Assembly (NCBI RefSeq): GCF_001194135.2 | Contig: NC_068984.1 | Location: 3,846,192-3,910,191 of the forward strand | Source: Octopus bimaculoides | Taxonomy: Eukaryota | DNA length: 64,000 nt | Reading direction: 5' to 3' | Shown here: positions 26,439 to 38,483 of the stretch, one piece after another | How positions within the stretch are numbered: the first letter of the stretch is position 1 | Layout: each line of letters begins with the position of its first letter | Made by a program: the position numbers and the translations under genes | Notes under the pieces: generated by a model | Databases searched by the model: none | Told to the model about the DNA's origin: nothing | Seen by the model: the letters and a program-made list of their open reading frames with translations, nothing else

Positions 26439-26569
26439 GGAAGTTCACTCAGGCTGGTTAGGCAGAGTTTGACAAAGAAGAAGCATCTGTTGTACAGAAG
26501 AATTATGCTCCTATGCAGACAGGTCCATTATCCAACTAACACTGAAAGGCTCTTTTATAGTCAGAAAAG
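26439..26569 (+). CDS. Candidate internal exon of an unidentified gene
   Basis: Acceptor TTTTCTCCAG and donor AAG|GTAACA. Open frame GSSLRLVRQSLTKKKHLLYRRIMLLCRQVHYPTNTERLFYSQK, phase 0 to 2. No recognised homology. Confidence 0.25.
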
Positions 26570-27092
26570 GTAACACACTTCTTTGTACTTCTAAATCTTG
26601 ATTCAGAATTAGGTACAATTTTTCCTATGTTGTATGTTTTATATCATTCCCATTCTAAATCATTTCCCCCCACTATTATTGCCTTCCAAAAAGTAAAATA
26701 GCATTTGTGGTCAATGAAACTATCACCAGCCTCACTTCACTAGTTCATAGTATTTCACCTGTACACCTATGGTTTATACATAACTTTGACTTTAGGTTAG
26801 GTATGGGAGCTTGTGCCATTGTAGCATGTTGCTGCATCCATCATTTCTCTATATTTGTTCAGGTTGTCCTGGGAAACCCTTCAAGTAGAGTCCCACTCAG
26901 TTTCCCTCTCAACGAGATACTTCGTCATTCACCATGATTCTCAGGCATCTGGCCAACCAACATGGACCATCGACCCCAGCTGGATCTTAGAGAAGAAAAC
27001 ACAATACACAGGATCCAACTAGGAAAACCAAGCAACATAAACAGACTGAACTGACGCTCCTGATCATACAAGTAACAGGACTTCACTAATAT

Positions 27093-27148
<56 letters not shown>

Positions 27149-27225
27149 CTATTATTTTGCTCAAAATAATAGAGCACTCAATATAAGTTCAGTTACATAT
27201 TCTTTTAGAATATTCCTTATAAAAG

Positions 27226-27259
<34 letters not shown>

Positions 27260-27791
27260 CTTGGGTTGCTCTTGTGTTACAGGTAACATGTAACCCAGTA
27301 CAACCTGTTGCTTAGTTGGATCATGCTGTAACACTAACATCAGGAAAGAATGTTCTAGGTCATTTCTGTCATCTCAGGGTTCAAATACTTTGGATAGGGT
27401 TAACAGTGTATGTAGCATCTCAAGTTGGCAGAAGAACAAACTGATGGCAGTTGTTCTGTTCTGATTGAAGATGGATGATTAAGCACACTCAAGAGCAAGG
27501 AATCTTTTAAAAGACTTGTTTCGTAATCCTTGTGGATGACAATTTTTATGCAAAACATAAGAACAGCAGCAGAAATATTTTCAGTGTTTCTATCATTAAA
27601 GCAGACAATATTTTTCTCTTACAATTAATTCTAAGCTCTTGTAATAGTCTAACAAGTGAAGCAAAAAGAAAATGTGTAGTATATTTGTATTAATCATTAA
27701 TAAACAGGGAGATGAAAAGATGACTTTTCAAATTAAATTATTGTCATACTTGCGGATGGTCATATTTTGCCAATTAAACACATGAACTATA

Positions 27792-27929
27792 TACATTATT
27801 TACATCATTTACATTATTTACATTTGACGGATACTTGTCCTCATCTTGTTTGTTGTTAACATAACATTTTGGCTGATATACCCTCCAGGGGAAATTTCAA
27901 ACCTGGGTTCTCATTCCTAAGGTATAATG

Positions 27930-27977
<48 letters not shown>

Positions 27978-28160
27978 GCATAAAAAAATACCTTAGGAAT
28001 GAGAACCCAAGTTCAAAATTTCCCCAAGGCACCTGATGAAGGTTGGAAGGTATATCAGTTGAAATGTTGTGTTAATTGTGTTAACAACAGGCAAGATGAG
28101 GACAAATATCTGTCAAATGTAAATAATGTAAATAATTTCTCATCTCTTAAATATAGAACT
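27792..28160. mobile_element. Inverted pair of Penelope-type (pLTR-like) repeat arms around (AAT)n
   Basis: Left arm about 27792-27924 is the reverse complement of the right arm about 27988-28160 (ATACCTTAGGAATGAGAACCC...GATGAGGACAAATATC.GTCAAATGTAAATAATGT). Confidence 0.85.
28028..28073 (+). ncRNA. Minimal type-I hammerhead ribozyme motif
   Basis: GGCAC-CTGATGA-A-GGTTG(GAAGGTATAT)CAGTT-GAAA-T-GTT-GTGTT. Stem I is GGCAC/GTGTT, the CUGAUGA and GAAA core is intact, the cleavage triplet is GUU, and stem III is essentially absent. Confidence 0.75.
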
Positions 28161-28192
28161 ACATGAACAATATATTTGACCGTCATTTCAGC

Positions 28193-28229
<37 letters not shown>

Positions 28230-28999
28230 GTCAAAGTTCCTTCGTCACACATCCTGTCACCTCTTCAGTGACTCTTTATCCCATGTGTCTCCTCTTGCTC
28301 TGCTGATTCCATTTTGTCTTTCTGTGGTATGTATTCCTATCCGTACATGCATGTGCATCTGTATCCATGTGTGTGTGTGTGCGTGTGTGTGTATCATAAA
28401 AGCTTTGAAAGGAGTATTCTATGTTAAAAAGAGAAAGTTTCATTTATTGCAAAGATGGTATAATAATCTTTGGGCCTCACAGAATGAGATGCTCCAGTAG
28501 AAACTTGTTTAATCTATAACTGTATGGAGAAATGAATGCTAAAACTATAATGATGTTGAAAATCAGTAGATTTAGATATGACATTTATAAAAGTGTTATT
28601 TACCACACTAACATTCACAAGAAGCAGAAACTAGAGATAGGAGCCATAAAATAATAATTGCATTAGATAGAGAAACCTGTATATAAACAGTTTAGCTGAT
28701 CACACATATATTGCTATAATCGCATAACTACACAAAAACAAATAATATATTAATATTTTATTAGGTTTTTAGTCATAGCTTTAATGCTACATATGCAGCT
28801 AAATGTAACCTGAAAATCAGATCAAACAGATAATATATGTAAGTTTTTATCAAAGAAGATAAACACAATCCCAAGCCAAATCACTGACTTAAGCAGAGAT
28901 AATGAAATCAAACATATATAGACTTTTATACGGTTTCAATCTATGTGACTTCCAAATAACTTTTGTTCATAGAGGAGTGGTGGTGACCATAAACTTTGG

Positions 29000-29640
29000 A
29001 GGTCCTCCCTTCAGACGTTTAAGGTCGAAGTAGTTGACTTCACAGCATAGGATTCTTTATACTGCCAGTTGCAACAACAGCATTATCAGCATTGTTTCTA
29101 CATCTATTTTTCCTTGCTTGCATGACAAAAGCAAACCTGTTTCCTCATCCGTCTTTTACCAGTTGTTGTGGTGTCTTATCCTTACTAAACTTCCTCACAT
29201 CATTCGTCAGCAAATCTTTCCGTTTCTCTTTCTTCCATAACTTTCCTCCATTTCATTCACTTTCAATCTCTGTTCCACATCACTGGCTAATACCTGCTCA
29301 GTCTTCACACCATATCTATTTCCTCTTCTACCCAGTTTCCCCCCTTAACTCATTCATGTTCAATCGTTGATGCACACCAGCATTAAACACCCAGTGCAGC
29401 ATGTTGGCTGCATTTGTTCCCACCTTTTACAATGGCCATGTCCTGCCACCATATTGCACTTTGTACGCAGACACCACAGTTTTCCTTAGACAGAAGCACC
29501 CTTTGCTACCGTAGACATAGCTGCCTCCTCAAGTTATCACACTGCCTTTTCTCTATGGCTGCTATGCATTCACAATACCTGGCTCCATTGCTGATTAGAA
29601 CATTTAGAAAATAAAGCTATCCACTACTTCTAAGGAACTG
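29000..29640 (-). mobile_element. RTE LINE 3' fragment
   Basis: Same degenerate region as 24880-25400 (GTGTCTGCGTACAAAGTGCAATATGGTGGCAGGACATGGCC...ATGCTGCACTGGGTGTTTAATG) followed by the RTE 3' end. Confidence 0.7.
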
Positions 29641-29934
29641 TTTGAGCATCAGAAAGACTGTATTTCATGATGGATCTCACTACTTCCTACTCTAATTACA
29701 TCATCATCATCATCATCATCCTTTGTTACATACACAATATGTACCCTCTCTCCCCCTCTCTCTCAAGTCGTTTCTGTTGCTTATACTCTTATTTGTTGTT
29801 ATTTACATGAGAACAGGACAACCAGCCCAATGTCCTCTTTCATTCTCCTAGAACAAGATTCTCTTCTCTTTCATTGTTATGTGCAATCAAAGAGAGAGAG
29901 AGCTTGGGTATGAGAGTAACTGGGCAATGTAATT

Positions 29935-30059
29935 CTACATTATTTACATTTGATGGATATCTGTCCTCATCTTGTTTGTTGTTAACAATGTTTCAGCTGA
30001 TATACCCTTGGGAAATTTCGAACCTGGGTTCTCATTCCTAAGGTATTTTTCAATGTTGC

Positions 30060-30115
<56 letters not shown>

Positions 30116-30240
30116 TCACTGCTTGGAATCAAACTCGAAATCTTAGGGTTAGTAGCCCATGCTCTTAACCACTATGCCATATGCCTGTGGGCAATTATGG
30201 AATGAATTTTAGGGCTTATAAATCTAATATTCTCCTATCC
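29935..30240 (-). mobile_element. tRNA-head + (AAT)n + Penelope-type body composite (hammerhead core deleted)
   Basis: On the minus strand: A box TGGCATAGTGG, B box GAGTTTGATTCC (30125-30136), (AAT)n, then the same body as 32711-32865 but lacking the CTGATGA segment. Confidence 0.8.
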
Positions 30241-30376
30241 TTCCTTAATACCAATTCCCATATGCTACTCATACCTGCATTCCTCCAGACCTATTAAATA
30301 CTGAAACAATGATGTCAGAGATGACAGAGGCTTTAACACCAAAACCATTGTCTAAGAGAAATCAAACAAAATGATT

Positions 30377-30603
30377 CTCTCTTTTAATAGCAACCTGCAT
30401 GAGACCGCTTCTGATTCCATGATAGAATCTTCCTGCCTTTAAGTGATCTAAATGGAAACCTTCCATCAAAATTTCATGTTAAGTCATGTTCCAAGCACCA
30501 GCCTGATCGTGACAGATTTATTTTACAAAATACCTCATTATTTTCAAGATTAGTTGAAACAAAAGTAACGTACTTCAATAGAAATTCGGTAACAAAGGGT
30601 TAA
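30377..30603. mobile_element. Possible piggyBac-like MITE remnant
   Basis: Right end ...GGTAACAAAGGG|TTAA fits a piggyBac terminus and target site. The left end is degraded, so the TIR pair cannot be confirmed. Confidence 0.4.
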
Positions 30604-30973
30604 ACTGACTGACTTGCTGAGAAAAAACCAAATTTTCAATATTATTTCAGAAATTCCTCAGGTTTTTTCAAATATTCTTATGCATTCTTCTTTAAGTGCC
30701 ATGGATCATTTCTTGACTTGAAATTTTCTGAAACCAATGGAAATCTTCCCCCCCCCCTTCCTCAGCTGTAGAAATGTCAGGGCATCAGACAAAATAGGTA
30801 ATGGCTTTTCTTCCATCCTTCCACCTCTTAACACTTTGAGTTCAAACCCCACTCAACTTTGCTTTCAACTTTTTAGGACTGATAAAATAAAGAACCAGTC
30901 AGGTACCAGGGTTGATGTAATCAACTTGCTCCACCTCTCAAAACTCTGCCTTGTGGTAAATTGAAAGAATCAC

Positions 30974-31006
<33 letters not shown>

Positions 31007-32512
31007 CATTATTATTATTATAACTGAGGTGGTGAGCTAGCAGAATTGTTAGCACACTGGGAAAAATGCTTAGTGGTATTTCGCCCATCGCTATGTTCTG
31101 AGTTCAAATTCCACCAAGGTGCCGTTCATACTTTCAGGATCGATAAATTAAGTACCGGTCAAGTACTGGGGTTAATGTCATCGATTGTCCCCCTCCCCAC
31201 AAAAATCCAGGCCTTGTACCTATAGTAGAAAGGATTATCATTATTACCAACTCCAGTATTTCTATAACAAAATGGGGCAGTGAATAGTTTATGGCCCCCT
31301 GTAATAGTTTACAGCCCCTTTAATAACTTGAAGGTCCCTTTCAGTTATAAATACTTTCCAGTTCAGTATGCTACATTGTACAGAAATATAAAACCAACAA
31401 CAAATAAATAAATAAAAAGCTATTGATAAATAAGAGCAGTCAACAAGCAGCCACTTTAAAATGGTTGCAACAGCTGCACTCTGCTCTGGAAGCAATGCAT
31501 TATGTTCTTACAATAAGGTACCGTAATAATTTTGTATACTTAAAAAATATTAATGTGTATATACAGTAAAAAGGAAAAGAGTGAAGAAACGAAAAAAGAC
31601 TTTTTGATAAAATATATCTTATCTCAGTAAATGATATCACATAGATAGATCAAAAGATAGAAATAATATTTTGTACATCTTTATAACTTATTCTGCCATC
31701 ATAGGGAAAAAGGTGCATTCAACAAATAATGCTTCTTGGTAAAATTTAATAGAAATTGTATATCTTCACAACATTATTTAAAATAAACTCTACAACATAT
31801 TTTCCAGAGACATATGTAATAATATTTTCAGTAAATACTGTGGAAATTGACTTTGAAGAAATGTTTTCATTTGCATATTTTTTTTACAGTTTCTTTTTTC
31901 CCTCAGTTAGCATAAGTTCAGTGATATTTAACACATTTTCTAATCCAAAGTTCTGTGAGGTTTAATGTGTTTCCTAATTCTAATAATGAATAGGAAACAA
32001 CATGTCTGTTGCATCTGTGTAATGTTTGATTATGGCAGGTAAAATATTGTGCCAGCAATAGAAAAAGTTTCTCACACACAATGTCATTATCAATTATAAA
32101 TCAAATAGGAATAAGTGCTTCAATTAAATTAATTGAAATAAAGATACTTTTCTCATTAAGAAAACATAGAAAACAAAGAAAATAACTGGAAGACAAAGAA
32201 CGGACTATCATATTTCAACAAACCTAAATATCGTGGATATATTTTTTCAATAGATGACACTGTTCATATTATGAAGCTTTTTTTCAAAGCCAGTTAAACT
32301 GTAAAGATGACTATGGGTGAAGCAGGGCTTCACCAATAGTGAGCTTTACATTGAATGTTCAACAGAAAATGTCTGTGCTTGCGATATGTTGATGGTCATA
32401 GCAAAACTAAGACAAACTGGAAATTGAATTCATCTGAACTGAAATGGGACATCATCTCTCGAGTCAGTGTGATGGAGGATCTTGTGCACTTGTCTAATCA
32501 ATGCAGCCTATA

Positions 32513-32865
32513 CAGTTCTATATTTAAGAGATGAGGAGTTATGTGCATTATTTACATTTGACAGATATTTGTCCTCATCTTGCTTGTTGTTAACACAACA
32601 TTTCAGCTGATATGCCCATGGGCATATGGCATAGTGGTTAAGAGCATGGGCTACTAACCCCAAGATTCTGAGTTTGATTCCAAGCAGTGACCTGAATAAT
32701 GATAATAATAACATTGAAAAATACCTTAGGAATGAGAACCCAGGTTCGAAATTTCCCCAAGACACCTGATGAAAGCTTGGAAGGTATATCAGCCAAAACG
32801 TTGTGCTAACAACAAACAAGATGAGGACAAATATCCATCAAATGTAAATAATGTAAATAATGTAA
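32513..32865 (+). mobile_element. tRNA-head + (AAT)n + hammerhead-bearing Penelope-type body, with an inverted partial arm upstream
   Basis: Inverted arm 32513-32617; A box TGGCATAGTGG 32627-32637; B box GAGTTTGATTCC 32670-32681; (AAT)n about 32695-32711; body with hammerhead motif at 32761-32807. Confidence 0.85.
32761..32807 (+). ncRNA. Minimal type-I hammerhead motif, probably inactive (G12A)
   Basis: GACAC-CTGATGA-A-AGCTTGGAAGGTATATCAGCC-AAAA-C-GTT-GTGCT. The GAAA has become AAAA; the palindrome AACGTT at 32797-32802 is retained. Confidence 0.7.
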
Positions 32866-33100
32866 TGCACTCTATGTTCAGGTGTCTCTTGAGACTGTGC
32901 GACGGAGCATTGTGTTTGCATATCATCAAGTCTATTCCTTCTCTGTTCGGGTGACTCCTGAACTCCCTCCTGATTCTTTGTGAGGGTCTTTTGACTCTTG
33001 TCCTAATGAAATTCCTTGCACACATATATACAAAAACATACACTTAGCGTAATATATGTACACACACACATACAGAGAAAGAGTGAGACAGAGTGTGGTA

Positions 33101-33132
<32 letters not shown>

Positions 33133-34467
33133 AAGAGACAAATAGACAAAAAAGATATAAGACAGGTGTACTTGTCTCCTCTGGTTGATTTACATTTCAC
33201 ATGAGAGATGGTGAGTAGCATACACAAGAGATATACATAGACAGAGAGTGAGAGAGAGTGTGCTAAGTGTGTGTGTATGTATATATATGGAGAGAGAGAG
33301 AGAGAGAGGAGAGAAAAGCATAAGAAAAAGAGAGTCAGATACACAGATAGAGAGAAATGATGACGATAATGTCAGTGCTGATCACATTGATGATAGTGGT
33401 GATGGTAGTGATGATGGTGGTTGTGGTGGTGAAGGTAATGATGGCAGTGGTGATACTGATGATGGAAATGATGATGATGCCAATGCATAAATTTTGCCCT
33501 CATTGGTGAAATCATTTCCTTTGTCATGTTTTTTTAATGCCCCCACCACCACCACCACCACCACCACAAGGCTGATTTTTAGGAAATCTATATTTAATTC
33601 AACATAAAAATCACCCAGTACAATCTGTAAAGCAGTTTGCATTATAAAGGGCATCCAGCTGTAGAAGCCATGCCAAAACAGATGATTGGAGCCTGATGCA
33701 GCCCTCTGGCTTAGCAGCTCTTGTCAACCCATCCATCCCATGCCAACATGGAAAATGAACTTTGATGATGATGATGATGATGATGATGATATTACTGGTA
33801 TTAATTTCACTGACCTAATGAGAAAACTTCACTCTAACACTTCCCTATAAAGAATTATAATCATTAATCATCATAACCTGTTTAGAGTAAAGAAATTTTT
33901 TTTTTCTTTAAATCTGTTAATTACATACATTATTACACTACTAATAAAACACAAGCACTGGCTGTAATTCACTTGAATTATGTTATCGGTTAATTAGATA
34001 ATTAGTTCATTGATTAATAAATTGATTTGTCAAAGTTCTTTCATTAGTCTTATTGATGTCAATGTGAACACCCCCACCCACTTACTCTATTGCTTTGTAT
34101 TTGTATCATAGTGTTTTGTTCCTGTTCTTATGATGTATATATATATTCAATGAGTAAGAGTAATTTCAGCTGGAATAATAATGGTGGTGTGGTGCATTTT
34201 TGTAAAGGATGGTCAGTGTCTTTGCAGTGTGCTGTGTTGGACTTTCACATTAGTGGACACATTTCTGCATCTGTGAATGCATATACACTTACATACATTG
34301 TTATTGTTAGTTTGTCCATCATTATCAATGATGACCAAGGATATCACATGGGGAAAGGGGGGTACAATGTGTCCAGCTGTGACCAATCAAACCAATGCAT
34401 GCTCGGTAGGCTCTGCTGCAGATCAGGAACTGGTGGTCTGCTGTGACTGAAGGCAAAGAGCTAGCTC

Positions 34468-34672
34468 TGGACTTACTCTTTTACTTGTTTCAGTCATTTG
34501 ATTGAGGCCATGCCTTTAGTCAAGCAAATCGACCCCAGGACTTATTCTTTGTAAGCCTAGTACTTATCCTATTGGTCTCTTTTGCCGAACCACTAAGTTA
34601 CGGGGGACATAAATACACTAGCATCAGTTGTCAAGCAACGTTGGGGAGACAAACACAGACACACAAACATAT

Positions 34673-34716
<44 letters not shown>

Positions 34717-34880
34717 GACAGGCTTCTTTCAGTTTTCGTCTACCAAATCCATTCACAAGGCTTTGGTTGGCCCGAGGCTATAGTAGAAGACACTTGCCCA
34801 AGGTGCCACGCAGTGGGACTGAACCCAGACGGAATCATGCAGTTCATAAGCAAGCTACTTACCACACACCCACTCCTACA
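34468..34880 (-). mobile_element. tRNA-derived CORE-type SINE (family A), near full length
   Basis: Minus strand has a tRNA-like head (GGTAAGTAGCTTGCTT...GGGTTCAGTCCC) and a CORE-like GGCACCTTGGGCAAGTGTCTTCTAC, an internal (CA)/(TA) tract and an AAGAGTAAG tail. Other copies at about 9550-9720(+), 14270-14430(-), 17530-17640(-), 23090-23290(-), 36205-36547(-), 48300-48460(-), 59060-59220(-), 62490-62780(+) and 63640-63750(+). Confidence 0.85.
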
Positions 34881-35416
34881 TCTTGTGCATTTTGCATTGT
34901 CTTTGTGCCCCTGCAATTCTGTTCTGTTCACAAGACGTGGCACCTCGGTTGGTGCAGCTTTGCCAGACAGGATGGTCTTGTGCTTGCATTTCCCAGGTGT
35001 CAAGGTTGATCTCAAACCTCTTCACACATACATACATACATACTTACATACTTACACAAACACACACGCGGCGCGCACGCATTGTTGTCTTCCTGTCCTG
35101 TCAGGTGGTTTGTCATTTGTTTTACCCATTCATGCATTTCAGCTTTTCACAGCAGTTGGCTTGCTGCAAGTTTCTCATAAATACTTATTCATACTCATTT
35201 ACACACACACACACACACATCTGCAGACAAACATATACAGCTACCAACCTACATACATATATCTATATGTATAATCACATTCACATACATGTAGGAGATA
35301 TACATGAATATATGCATGTGTACAAGTGTGTGCATTTGTTTATATATATATATATATATATATATAAGTCAGTAAATAGTGGGGTTGTGTTAACATTTTT
35401 CCTATATATATATATA

Positions 35417-35666
35417 NNNNNNNNNNNNNNNNNNNNNNNNNNNNNNNNNNNNNNNNNNNNNNNNNNNNNNNNNNNNNNNNNNNNNNNNNNNNNNNNNNNN
35501 NNNNNNNNNNNNNNNNNNNNNNNNNNNNNNNNNNNNNNNNNNNNNNNNNNNNNNNNNNNNNNNNNNNNNNNNNNNNNNNNNNNNNNNNNNNNNNNNNNNN
35601 NNNNNNNNNNNNNNNNNNNNNNNNNNNNNNNNNNNNNNNNNNNNNNNNNNNNNNNNNNNNNNNNNN
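35417..35666. other. Assembly gap
   Basis: N run inside (TA)n. Confidence 1.
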
Positions 35667-35721
<55 letters not shown>

Positions 35722-36877
35722 GGGGATAGAGGTAAATGTAGTGCGTGAAGAATGAGAACAAAGGTGCAGCTTGGTGAGATATAAGAGAATGGGCGGAGGG
35801 CAAGATGAGAGAGGAAGGAGTGACTCAGGGAGGAGGAGCAATGGGGAGTGAAAATTACAGGTGCATAAGGGTCATCTATAGTGAGTGGGTGCTGGGAATG
35901 ATAGCTGATATGCAAAGTGTTGTTAATAAAAGCAGGGCAGAGGAGGAGGGAAGGATGGGAAGGGACATTTAATGAAAATAAGGGATGGTGGTAGGGGGAA
36001 GCATGTAATATGTGACATGGAAGGATGGAAGGGGTAGGGAGGGAGATGAGATGTGGAGAATGCTTGACAGGGCAGTATTTGTGGAGGGACAACACCCAAC
36101 ACATGGGGAAGAGGGTTCAGTAAGTAGATGAGAATTGGGGAATGCATAACAAGGCAGTATGGACATAGGTTACTATCTACTTTATATGAATTTCTGTGAA
36201 TGGATATTCTTTTACTTGTTTCAGTCGGTTGACTGGGGCCATGCTGGAGCACTGCCTTTAGTCAAACAAATCGACCGCAGGACTTATTCTTTGTAAGCCT
36301 AGTACTTATACTATTGGGCTCTTATTGCCAAACCACTAAGTCACGGGGACGTAAACACAGACACACACACACACACACATATATATACAACGGGCTTCTT
36401 TCAGTTTCCATCTACCAAATCCACTCACAAGGCTTTGGATGGCCCAAGGCTATACTAGAAGACCCTTGCCCAAAGGTTCCATGCAATGGGACTGAATCTG
36501 GGACTATGTGGTTGGGAAGCAAACTTCTTACCACACAGCCACTCCTAAATTTGAGCCATCTGGGTCAGTGATGGCGGGTTATCACCCTTAGACCAGTCCA
36601 TATGGGCTAAAATGGCGAAAGGGGAACTCCATCCTTAACTTGCTTTTAGCTTGTGAAGCAACCTCACTGACCTGGATTGATTATTTTTTGCTTATTAACT
36701 GACTGTAACAAATTTCGACCTCCAAAGTTTGAAGAGGTATATGGCCTTCGCCATTAGAGTCTGACAAATCAACCATAGGGCTAAGCAATCACTTTATGGA
36801 TGTGAAACCATTGGTCACTCTATGACCAAACGTATACTTAACTGCATATAAACACACACACACATACATATAAACAC

Positions 36878-36911
<34 letters not shown>

Positions 36912-37270
36912 CAAGCACCCACTACACTCTCGGAGTGGTTGCCGTTAGGAAGGGCATCCAGCTGTAGAAACTCTGCCAAATCAGATTGGAGCCTGGTGTA
37001 GCCATCTGGTTCACCAGTCCTCAGTAAAATCGTTCAACCCATGCTAGCATGGAAAGTGGACGTTAAACGATGATGATGATGATGATCTAATACATATTTA
37101 TTAGTCACTGTTTAAAAGACATATTTATCAGTAGCTATATATTTTATACATATATATCAATGACTACGCAGATATATATATCACAGCAAATTTGTCGTAG
37201 TTACATATCATACATATTTATCAATGGCTATATTTGTATTATACATATTTAGCAGCAGCAGCTATCTCTC

Positions 37271-37328
<58 letters not shown>

Positions 37329-37695
37329 CTATATCTATATCTATATATCTATATATATATATATAGAGATATATATATATAATGTGACTGATGCCAGTGC
37401 TGCCTTCGCTGGCTTCTATGCCAGTGGCACATAAAAAGCACCAACCGATCATGGTTGTTGCCAACCTCCTCTCGCCCATGCTGGTGACATGTAAAAAGCA
37501 CCCACCACACTCTCGGAGTGGTTGGCGTTAGGAAGGGCATCCTGCTGTAGAAACACTGCCAGATCAAAATGGAGCCTGGTGCAGCCTCCTGGCTTCGCAG
37601 ACCCCAGTCGAACCGTCCAACCCATTTCAGCATGGAAAGCAGACGTTAAACGATGATGATGATGATATACTAAATAATGAGAATGATGATGATAT

Positions 37696-37736
37696 NNNNN
37701 NNNNNNNNNNNNNNNNNNNNNNNNNNNNNNNNNNNN
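37696..37736. other. Assembly gap
   Basis: N run. Confidence 1.
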
Positions 37737-38177
37737 CGATCTATATAATGAATTTACCAGTAGTTATCTTTGTTTGTCAGAGACATTCCTTAACTTTTAA
37801 CAAGTGTTAAACTATATATTCATAACACTAATTTCCACAATTCCCTTTAAGTATTTAATTGTGTCATCTTTATAAATTCTTTTTTAATCTTTACTTTTTC
37901 CAACATTTGAGAAGAACATGCTTTACAGTTTTAGTTTTGTACAGAGAAATTATTATGGAGAGTTGAAAATAATATTATAGGCCAGGTGACATTACAAATA
38001 TGACCATTTGCATAAGTTAAATTGCTTCTCTAAAATTCTCCTTTCCCCAGTGAAGTGTTTAACATGCAGAAGAAGCAAAACCGATCTCTTCCAAAGCTGC
38101 AAACAAGAATCTAAGTCTGAAACACTTTGGATGCAACAAATAAATATAGTTTAAGAAATACTTTAAGAAAAATATTA

Positions 38178-38215
<38 letters not shown>

Positions 38216-38431
38216 TACACAAACCAATTAATTTATGATTAAGCCAGGATTGTTCAAAGAATAAATTTGTATATATTAAATCTAAACACAGACATAGGAA
38301 GGATACAAAACAAGGAATACCATGTGCCAGGTGTGACCAGATGTTTGATTTCTTTTCTTTTTCATTTATCATTTTTTTTTTTGTATATTTTCTGTTTACA
38401 TTTAATATACACAAGCACACACACATGCATG

Positions 38432-38483
<52 letters not shown>

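Noticed and set aside
32621-32694. Possible tRNA gene
   Set aside because: A and B boxes are present, but there is no pairing acceptor stem and no poly-T terminator; it continues into a repeat body, so it is a SINE head.
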